Both the position numbers and the translations under genes were made by a program. DNA of 64,000 nt, taken from positions 10-64,009 of the forward strand of contig MFEQ01000004.1 of assembly GCA_001777665.1 (NCBI GenBank), given 5' to 3'. The notes below the pieces were generated by a model that saw nothing but the letters and a program-made list of their open reading frames with translations, did no database searches and was not told the DNA's origin. The stretch's first letter is position 1. Each line of letters opens with the position of its first letter. This document shows, one piece after another, positions 57,010 through 64,000 of this stretch. Origin of the DNA: Candidatus Doudnabacteria bacterium RIFCSPHIGHO2_02_FULL_42_25. Lineage in GTDB: Bacteria; Patescibacteriota; Doudnabacteria; UBA920; O2-02-FULL-48-8.

Positions 57010-58119
57010 TTACAATGCTACCGGAACTGCTGATACAACAAGCCTGTCTTTCGTGGTTCCTATCGGCCAGCAGGTTGAAAGATTCAACTTGCTACCCGAT
57101 CCATCCGTAAATTGAGATTGGTCATCTGGTCTGTATGTCTTGCTGCCTGTAACCTGATATCGAAAATTGTAAGTCTTGCCGTCGTTACCATAAACTTCAA
57201 CAAAAATGTCATCACCTGGGGCAAGGTTATTTAGTCTAGAAAAAACGTTCTGCATTGGGTTACGTTTCCAGAGGTAATCTGAAGAGTGTCCAGAAACATA
57301 AATGATTCCATTCTCTCCTGGTAAAGCTGTTCCAGGGTAATGGATTATACCTTTGGTTAAATCAGCATCGAATTGAGAAACATCTTTGGACCAAATCAAA
57401 GGCACCTGCAAATTTAATTTGGGAATCGAAATTCTACCAGGTAAATCAAGATTGTAAGCGATCATACTACCTCCGCTGACAACTCCTTCTGGAATTTGGG
57501 AAGTACTAAACGAAATTCGGTTGTTGATTAAATTCAAATCAATACTTTCAGATAATTTTTTCTGATTAGCAGTCATCTGTCCTCGACCCCATGGGTTATA
57601 ACCATTGAGGAGTTCTACCCCATCAGTAAAATTGTCAGAATCCGAGTCAGCAATAATAGGATTGGTCCGCATCACGAATTCATCATGATTAGAAAGCCCG
57701 TCTTTATCGATATCATTGGTTGGCTCTAAAAACTTATCATCGCCTACGGCATAGAAATAATTACCAATCCATTTGTAATATTCCTGAAGATCTTCACCCA
57801 AAATTTGTTCATCCTGAGGTTTAGAAAACCAGCCCTGGATTTGGCTCCAAAATGCACCAAAATTTATAACACTATAAAAGAATACAAAAGCGGCTAGGAA
57901 AAGCATAACATAGCCAACTAACATCTTTAACGCTTTGCCCAGTTTGGAACCAACCTGAACAGAAACTTCTTCTATCGCAGCGGTGCTATCTGAAGCCATG
58001 CTCAATTCTTCTACAGCCTCATGCGGTGTCATGTGTTCTTGGCCAGAACCAAGATGATGGACCTCCTCTGCAGGAGCCCCTATTTTCAAAAGTTTATGAA
58101 TTTCTGATTCGTATTCCAT
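57010..58119 (-). CDS. Sortase-family transpeptidase with N-terminal TM and Ca-binding-like Asp-rich insert
   Basis: His (YVSGHSS), Cys (KLNLSTCWP, TLxTC-like), Arg (KDRLVVSA) in sortase order; one TM helix. Confidence 0.55.
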   Translation of the reverse strand: MEYESEIHKLLKIGAPAEEVHHLGSGQEHMTPHEAVEELSMASDSTAAIEEVSVQVGSKLGKALKMLVGYVMLFLAAFVFFYSVINFGAFWSQIQGWFSKPQDEQILGEDLQEYYKWIGNYFYAVGDDKFLEPTNDIDKDGLSNHDEFVMRTNPIIADSDSDNFTDGVELLNGYNPWGRGQMTANQKKLSESIDLNLINNRISFSTSQIPEGVVSGGSMIAYNLDLPGRISIPKLNLQVPLIWSKDVSQFDADLTKGIIHYPGTALPGENGIIYVSGHSSDYLWKRNPMQNVFSRLNNLAPGDDIFVEVYGNDGKTYNFRYQVTGSKTYRPDDQSQFTDGSGSKLNLSTCWPIGTTKDRLVVSAVPVAL

Positions 58120-58188
58120 ATATTTAACTTGAAGTGAGGATTAAAAAAATTCAATCCGAACGGTAAATATTAGCATAAATCAGTCCAC

Positions 58189-58218
58189 TTGTCAAGAGCA
58201 ATAGGCAGTTTGTATAAT
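58189..58218 (+). promoter_or_regulatory. Sigma-70-like promoter (TTGTCA-18-TATAAT) for CAP-domain gene
   Basis: TTGTCA 58189-58194, TATAAT 58213-58218, ATG at 58242. Confidence 0.5.
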
Positions 58219-58241
58219 ACCATCAGGCCTATTCTAACGGG

Positions 58242-59420
58242 ATGAAACTAAAACATTACCTAATAGCTTCCGAACAAAACGACTATAAACCCTGGATTAT
58301 CAAACCGAGCGCACTTGGGCTTTTTTGTCTCGTTATCTGGAGTTTACGGATCCTAGTCCCAGCAACTGTCACTTTGGCTGCCAATTCTATCGATCCCACT
58401 GATCTGATGGCGAAAGTCAACGCTGAACGCAGCCAGCGTTTCCTTTCCACACTAAAGACAGATTCCAGACTCTCTACCGCTGCCAATGACAAAGCCAATG
58501 ACATGATTACACGAAGCTATTTTGCGCACGTTGATCCAGATGGTAAATACGTCTGGCCCAGAATCGAAGCCGCTGGGTATAAGCCTTATGTCACGTTAGG
58601 AGAAAATCTGGCCATGGATTTTGATTCAGCGAACAAAGTTGTAGAGGCTTGGATGAACAGCCCGACTCATCGAGCAAATATTGTAAACACAAAGTTTGAA
58701 GATCAAGGACTGGCTGCCGTCGATGGACTTTATGAACCAGGGCATAACACGATTATGATTGTTAGTTTGTTCGGGACTCTGGTTAAAACTCAAACGAATC
58801 CTCCAGCGCCCGCCCCTAGCCCCACTCCAACCACGACTCCGCCGCCCGCCCCAACTCCGACACCTACATCACCAACTCCTACACCCACCCCTCCTCCTGT
58901 TACTGCTGTCATTCCAGTAGAAATTTCAAAAGATATAAAAATAATTAGCACGTCACTTTCAGGTCATACCATGGTCGACATCACTGTACCCATTTCAGGA
59001 AATCCGACTTTAGTCACAGCGCAACTCAATACCCAATCCATTTCGTTAATCCAAAGTCAAACAGCTGGAGAATTTTTGGGCACATTTACTTTTAACCAAT
59101 CTGAAGATCTGACCCAGTCCAAACTTTCGATTGAGGCCAGAGATAGTTCAGGAATTAAAACCAATCAAGAATTCCCAGTGAACATCGAATCACATGTAAC
59201 AGGCTCAGCCCAATCAGAGACTGTCCCAGTTTCAAACGAAGCAGGAGTGATTAAAATATTAAGAATTATATTCGGAATATTTGCTGTTATATACCTGGGT
59301 TTTTTGATTCTAGACGCAGTAATTTTACATCGGGATAAAATAAAAAGAGACGGGATTCGACCGAATGCCCATCTCTTAATCTTTGTTATTCTAGTAGGCG
59401 TAACGTTATTTACGCTATAA
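58242..59420 (+). CDS. Secreted CAP/SCP (YkwD-like) domain protein with Pro/Thr-rich linker and C-terminal membrane anchor
   Basis: YFAHVDPDGKY...GENLA...AWMNSPTHRANIV CAP motifs; P/T linker; C-terminal TM helices. Confidence 0.65.
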   Translation: MKLKHYLIASEQNDYKPWIIKPSALGLFCLVIWSLRILVPATVTLAANSIDPTDLMAKVNAERSQRFLSTLKTDSRLSTAANDKANDMITRSYFAHVDPDGKYVWPRIEAAGYKPYVTLGENLAMDFDSANKVVEAWMNSPTHRANIVNTKFEDQGLAAVDGLYEPGHNTIMIVSLFGTLVKTQTNPPAPAPSPTPTTTPPPAPTPTPTSPTPTPTPPPVTAVIPVEISKDIKIISTSLSGHTMVDITVPISGNPTLVTAQLNTQSISLIQSQTAGEFLGTFTFNQSEDLTQSKLSIEARDSSGIKTNQEFPVNIESHVTGSAQSETVPVSNEAGVIKILRIIFGIFAVIYLGFLILDAVILHRDKIKRDGIRPNAHLLIFVILVGVTLFTL

Positions 59421-60383
59421 AATTCGTTGGTTGAAATTGTGTCCAGCAAACACTAACGTAACTATAAATACCATCATCGCCAAATACTCAAAGGCGACTT
59501 TTTTAGTTAAAGTGTTATCCAAACGATGATGCAAAATGCCCCAGGCGGCGTTGTACACAGCCAACATCACTAGTCCGGCAGTGAGGTACTCACTATTCCA
59601 ATTGCTATAAACCCAAAATGAAACCAAGGCCATCATCACAGCGATGAGTAATATCCAGAAAAAAATCGTAAAGTTCAGTAAACGGTGCTGGAATAGAGCT
59701 TGATATACCAAAAAAAATGTCAAAGTTAAAACACTAAGCGATAAAAAGAAGGCATTGAAACCGAAATAAAAAGTTACACCAACGGTTGAAGCAAAAATAA
59801 TATATGCTCCATAAAGCTTGACCAAAGATAAAACTAAAATCCAATGGTCTTGGTGCTCTAATTTTCGGCTGACGTGTTCTTTCATATACCAGTAAGCAAC
59901 AGCCATAGCGATTGTTGATGAAAAAACTAAAATCTGTTTGAGTCCAATGTTAAATGGATTCAATAAAAGCAGGGTTACAGTACCCCAATAAATTATTCCC
60001 GGTAAGACCAAATAGTTCTGATAATGACGAAAATAATGCCAGTTCCGTAAATGTTCAAACCTTTCTAATAAAGCCATCCAGAGCATTCTTACACCAGTAT
60101 GATTAAGTTTCGCGTTGGCTAACACTCCACGCTTTTTTAAGTGTAAATCGAACATGAAAGTCAACCAGATCAAATGGAAGGCGTAAATATAAAGCGATAA
60201 GTAAAGTCCAGAGTTTAGTTGGTAAAGCGAAAGTGTGGTGCTGATCGCTTGAAATCCAAAAAATGCACCAAGCGTAACGATCAAAACCGATAAAATTTTA
60301 TTTTTGGTTTCGTTAAGTAATGGTTGCATTCTTTTTGCGAGCAAGTTCCCCTGCCTTAAATAAAGATTCGAACGTCCCAGCAT
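59415..60383 (-). CDS. Polytopic membrane protein, unknown function
   Basis: ~9 TM helices; likely true start at the internal Met (60329) to avoid overlap with rfbA. Confidence 0.4.
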   Translation of the reverse strand: MLGRSNLYLRQGNLLAKRMQPLLNETKNKILSVLIVTLGAFFGFQAISTTLSLYQLNSGLYLSLYIYAFHLIWLTFMFDLHLKKRGVLANAKLNHTGVRMLWMALLERFEHLRNWHYFRHYQNYLVLPGIIYWGTVTLLLLNPFNIGLKQILVFSSTIAMAVAYWYMKEHVSRKLEHQDHWILVLSLVKLYGAYIIFASTVGVTFYFGFNAFFLSLSVLTLTFFLVYQALFQHRLLNFTIFFWILLIAVMMALVSFWVYSNWNSEYLTAGLVMLAVYNAAWGILHHRLDNTLTKKVAFEYLAMMVFIVTLVFAGHNFNQRIL

Positions 60384-61032
60384 CTATCCATTCACCCTTC
60401 AAAACGTCTACTTTTAACTGTCCTTTTTGTAAATAAAAATTATGCAACTCTGTAATCTCCAGTTCCCCGCGTGCGGATGGTTTCACTGCTTTGGCTGCCT
60501 CAACTACTTGCGAATCATAAAGATACAATCCGGTGATCGCATAATCTGAAATTTTTATTTCGGGTTTTTCAGCTATCTCCACAGCATTCATGCTTGCATC
60601 AAATTTAACCTGACCAAATCGCTCTGGGTCAGAAACTTTTTTCGCAAATATATGTCCGCCGCTTTTAAAATTCTTTATAGTTTCGGATACATTGTCCTCA
60701 AAAATATTATCGCCAAGGATCATACAGACATTATCATTCTCTATAAAATTTTCACCAATGATAAATGCTTGAGCCAACCCTTCTGGCTTGTCTTGCACTT
60801 CATAGGCGAATCTTGCGCCGAACTCTTTTCCACTTCCTAAAAGATTCAGATAATCCCCAGCGTGATATGGAGCGACAATAATTAAGATGTCTTTGATTCC
60901 TGCACTCAATAATGTTTGGAGAGGATACATGATCATCGGCTTATCGTAAACAGGTAAAAGCTGCTTACTAGTAACTTTTGTAAGCGGCTGCAATCGTGTA
61001 CCCGAACCTCCCGATAAAATTATGCCTTTCAT
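60313..61032 (-). CDS. rfbA: Glucose-1-phosphate thymidylyltransferase (short form)
   Basis: MKGIILSGGSGTRLQPLT nucleotidyltransferase motif. Confidence 0.8.
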   Translation of the reverse strand: MKGIILSGGSGTRLQPLTKVTSKQLLPVYDKPMIMYPLQTLLSAGIKDILIIVAPYHAGDYLNLLGSGKEFGARFAYEVQDKPEGLAQAFIIGENFIENDNVCMILGDNIFEDNVSETIKNFKSGGHIFAKKVSDPERFGQVKFDASMNAVEIAEKPEIKISDYAITGLYLYDSQVVEAAKAVKPSARGELEITELHNFYLQKGQLKVDVLKGEWIDAGTFESLFKAGELARKKNATIT

Positions 61033-61856
61033 TTGAGATGATCTTTCAGTGCTTCGTGCCAGGGACGAAGCTGAATAAATTTCGTGTTGTTCAAAATACC
61101 ATATTTAGGCCGCTCTGCTAGTCGGACAAATGCGTCACGACTTGCTGTTTCAAGTTTGATATCCAAGCCTTTGATCTTGAATATTTCTTTGGCCCAATCA
61201 TACCAACTGGCCATCCCAGAATTCACAATGTGATAAATGCCAAATGGTTTTTCTTGGTCTACCAAAGCCTTGGTCGCTTCAGCTAAATCTTGAACAAAAG
61301 TCGGTTGGCCAAACTCATCAGAGATGACTTTAATCTCTTTTTGGTCCTTACTTAACTTAAGCATAGTATCGACAAAACTCGGCTTGCCTCGTTCACTCAA
61401 CCGGCCATAAAGCCAAGTTGTACGGATTAAGTAATAATTCTCACAATTCTCGGGCAGTTCCATCTCGCCCAAAAGCTTTGATTTGGCATAAGCCGAGTGC
61501 GCACTAGGCTTATCATCTTCATTATAGCCTTCTGGATTGTTTCCATCAAAAACATAAGCAGTGCTGAAATGAACCAAGGTTGCATTAACTGCAGATGCGG
61601 CTTTGGCGATGTACCCCACCGCAGAACCGTTGAGGAGTTCAGCAGTGGCTCGATCTTCTTCAGCGCGGTCCACCGCGTTATACGCAGCACAGTTAATGAT
61701 CAAATCTGGTTTCAATTCTGAAATTTTTTGCATGACCATTTCTTCATCTGTGATGTCGAGCTCCTCGCGGTCCCATGCAAAAATCTCTTCTCCCTTATAG
61801 ACATCAACAAAAGTTTGGCCCAGAGCTCCTTTAGCTCCTAAAATAAGTACTCTCAT
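61029..61856 (-). CDS. rfbD: dTDP-4-dehydrorhamnose reductase
   Basis: MRVLILGAKGALG Rossmann; RmlD-like length, in rfb operon. Confidence 0.8.
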   Translation of the reverse strand: MRVLILGAKGALGQTFVDVYKGEEIFAWDREELDITDEEMVMQKISELKPDLIINCAAYNAVDRAEEDRATAELLNGSAVGYIAKAASAVNATLVHFSTAYVFDGNNPEGYNEDDKPSAHSAYAKSKLLGEMELPENCENYYLIRTTWLYGRLSERGKPSFVDTMLKLSKDQKEIKVISDEFGQPTFVQDLAEATKALVDQEKPFGIYHIVNSGMASWYDWAKEIFKIKGLDIKLETASRDAFVRLAERPKYGILNNTKFIQLRPWHEALKDHLK

Positions 61857-62404
61857 TTATAAATATCCTTGAGCAAAGGATGGCTTTTATCTTTTTCAGA
61901 AATAATAGCCTGGTCAAGCGGGATCGGCCACTTGATAGCCAACCCTGGATCAGCTAAATTGACTGCTAAATATTTTTTATCAGGAGACCAGTGATCATTG
62001 ATCAAATATTGATAATAAGTATTTGGTTCCAATGTCTGGAAAGAGTTTCCGACACCGCGAGGAACGAAAACTGACTTAGATCGGTCAATGACTATTTCGA
62101 CATGTTTGCCCATGTCAATCCCTTGTCGCAAATCGACAAAGACCGCATGGACTTTTCCACTGACCACACTAATGTATTTATCCCAAGGTTCGGCATGAAT
62201 TCCTCTGGTCACGCCAACCTCTTTGTTAAAAGAAAGATTTTCCTGCACTGGAACAAAGCTTTCAGGGAAGCCTGCTGCTACTAATTTTGCCTTTTGAAAT
62301 TTTTCCTGAAAAAAACCTCTACCGTCTTCTACTAGAGTTACGTCAATTTCCAAAAGACCCGGAATCTCCCGTTCAGTTATTTTAAATTCAGTCATCTTTT
62401 GCAT
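61853..62404 (-). CDS. rfbC: dTDP-4-dehydrorhamnose 3,5-epimerase
   Basis: 183 aa cupin; RmlC-like; operon context. Confidence 0.85.
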   Translation of the reverse strand: MQKMTEFKITEREIPGLLEIDVTLVEDGRGFFQEKFQKAKLVAAGFPESFVPVQENLSFNKEVGVTRGIHAEPWDKYISVVSGKVHAVFVDLRQGIDMGKHVEIVIDRSKSVFVPRGVGNSFQTLEPNTYYQYLINDHWSPDKKYLAVNLADPGLAIKWPIPLDQAIISEKDKSHPLLKDIYK

Positions 62405-62459
62405 GCTAGTAATTTACTCCAATACTCTATAGTATTGGAGTATTTTTCTCTATAAATTA

Positions 62460-63443
62460 TTATAACCCTTTTTCTAATCGATCGACTAAGGGTTGCCACC
62501 ATTCTTGATTTTGCTTATACCATTCTACTGTTTCGGCTAATCCTTTTTCAAACTCGTAATCTCTTTTGAAAGCGAGCTCACGTTCAATTTTGCTGCTATC
62601 AATCGCATACCGTAAGTCATGGCCTGGTCGATCTGGAACGAGTTGAATGAGGGTTTCGGGTTTACCCAACAAATTTAAAATTTGACGAACTACTTCCAAA
62701 TTCGCCTTTTCACAATTACCACCAACAAGATACGTTTCGCCTGTTCTTCCAGTTTGGAGGACCATATCAATCGCTTTACAATGATCCTTAACATGGATCC
62801 AATCTCGAACATTGCGACCCTGGGCATATACAGGGACGGGTTTGTCTCGAAGTGCGTTAACAATCGTTTTCGGGATTAACTTTTCTGGGAACTGATAAGG
62901 ACCATAATTGTTCGAACAATTGGTTATAGTTGCATCCAAACCATAGGTCCGACTATACGCATGCAGCAAATGATCACCAGCGGCTTTGCTGGCGGAATAT
63001 GGTGACGATGGAAAGTAAGTGCTGTGCTCGGTAAACTTTTGTCCTGTGCCCAAAGGCAGGTCCCCGAAAACTTCATCAGTGGAAATATGATGAAGCCTTT
63101 TTTTGTGCTGTGTGGCAGCATCAAGCAAGGTATGCAATCCCACAACATTGGTTTGAATAAATTCCGACGGGCCAGTGATCGAACGATCGACATGAGTTTC
63201 AGCTGCAAAATTCACGACAAAATCCACATCTTTCATCAACTCATCCACTAGTTTCGCATCCGCGATATCCCCTTTTACAAATTTGTATTGAGGGTTCGCT
63301 TCAAATTTTTTGAGATTCGCAGGATTGCCAGCATAAGTTAACTTGTCCAGATTCGTCACATGGACATCATGATATTTCTCAAACAGATAATGAATAAAAT
63401 TCGAACCGATAAACCCAGAACCTCCAGTAATCAAATATCTCAT
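62460..63443 (-). CDS. rfbB: dTDP-glucose 4,6-dehydratase
   Basis: MRYLITGGSGFIGSNF; YxxxK (YSASKAA). Confidence 0.9.
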   Translation of the reverse strand: MRYLITGGSGFIGSNFIHYLFEKYHDVHVTNLDKLTYAGNPANLKKFEANPQYKFVKGDIADAKLVDELMKDVDFVVNFAAETHVDRSITGPSEFIQTNVVGLHTLLDAATQHKKRLHHISTDEVFGDLPLGTGQKFTEHSTYFPSSPYSASKAAGDHLLHAYSRTYGLDATITNCSNNYGPYQFPEKLIPKTIVNALRDKPVPVYAQGRNVRDWIHVKDHCKAIDMVLQTGRTGETYLVGGNCEKANLEVVRQILNLLGKPETLIQLVPDRPGHDLRYAIDSSKIERELAFKRDYEFEKGLAETVEWYKQNQEWWQPLVDRLEKGL

Positions 63444-63588
63444 CCCAGTATATCAACTTCGATAATGGTTTTTGAGTTCGCTTTTGCGAAAGAAAAACGC
63501 ATTAATTTAATATTTTCTAAAATCATAGCAATTATATTTTAATTATCAAAAACCATTAAAGCAAAAGTATCGAAGTTGTATTACTGGG
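63444..63588. repeat. Long imperfect palindrome, same family (copy 2; fills the HIT-rfbB intergenic region, abutting rfbB ATG)
   Basis: Same TIRs; inner IR ATGGTTTTT/AAAAACCAT. Confidence 0.55.
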
Positions 63589-63999
63589 TCATAGATGTTT
63601 TTTAATTTCTTCGGCTAATTGTGTTCGTGTTCGTGGCTCTGTTTCTTGATGCGGCCAGGGCTTGAGTCCATCTTTTCGATACCTCGGAATGATATGGAAA
63701 TGTAAATGAAAAACTGTTTGACCAGCTGCCTCGCCACGATTAGTGCTAATCGTAAAACCGTCAGCGTTCAATGCATGCTGAATTGAAACCGCAATCCTTT
63801 TGGCCTGTTTCATCACATCAGCAATCACATCATCAGGTGTTTCCACAATATCTGCTGCATGAAGCTTAGGTAGGACTAAGGCGTGGCCTCGACTCACAGG
63901 GCGAATATCCATAAAGGCAACAACTTTGTCATCTTCATAGATTTTATCCGATGGAATTTCACCAGCTGCAATTTTACAAAAAATACAATCCTTCATCAT
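63589..63999 (-). CDS. HIT-family (histidine triad) protein
   Basis: HLHFHIIPR histidine triad motif. Confidence 0.7.
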   Translation of the reverse strand: MMKDCIFCKIAAGEIPSDKIYEDDKVVAFMDIRPVSRGHALVLPKLHAADIVETPDDVIADVMKQAKRIAVSIQHALNADGFTISTNRGEAAGQTVFHLHFHIIPRYRKDGLKPWPHQETEPRTRTQLAEEIKKHL

Positions 64000-64000
64000 G

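Noticed and set aside
1-64000. CRISPR array / cas genes
   Set aside because: No regularly spaced direct repeats with unique spacers anywhere; all repeats found are palindromic/dispersed, and no cas-like ORFs are present.

Overview
AT-rich bacterial window, about 60 genes, nearly all on the minus strand, with standard stop codons (secA is intact at 872 aa). The gene content looks like a small-genome Patescibacteria/CPR-like organism; this is inference.

Recognisable core genes:
- secA, murC, murG, hpf, typA/bipA, alaS (short form), guaA, rarA and ctpA.
- A ribosomal cluster: rpsI-rplM-rplQ-rpoA-rpsD-rpsK-rpsM-rpmJ-infA.
- RNase P RNA (rnpB) with a clean TTGACA-17-TATACT promoter.
- Polysaccharide and rhamnose biosynthesis: several GT1/GT2 glycosyltransferases, a Wzy-like polymerase, a Wzx-like flippase, a polyprenyl glycosylphosphotransferase, galE and rfbABCD.

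Accessory content:
- A tight operon directly downstream of secA encodes an N6-adenine methyltransferase, a DUF262+HNH nuclease, a cytoplasmic trypsin-like protease and a NUDIX hydrolase. This is a candidate defence island.
- A sortase locus carries two Cna-B/DUF11 surface proteins ending in an unusual IAP[KT][TS]G sorting signal. Two GC-rich secreted or lipoprotein genes sit inside this locus.
- An S8 subtilisin and a neighbouring secreted protein share a ~55-aa C-terminal repeat module.
- There is an ABC-2 exporter, an ECF sigma factor, and two DUF559 endonuclease genes bracketed by GC-rich hairpins.

Repeats are the most unusual aspect:
- At least four families of long palindromic MITE-like elements were found. 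Their arms end within 0-10 nt of start codons (hpf, murC, rfbB, galE, secA, ABC permease).
- A 79-nt multi-hairpin structured element occurs twice, with compensatory changes between the copies.
- A GxxExxY gene is nested inside inverted TACGAA-repeat arrays. A gene-less copy of the same arrays lies upstream of galE.
- Several GC-rich islands sit in the low-GC background, one of them non-coding with its own promoter.

No CRISPR array, rRNA or convincing tRNA was seen.
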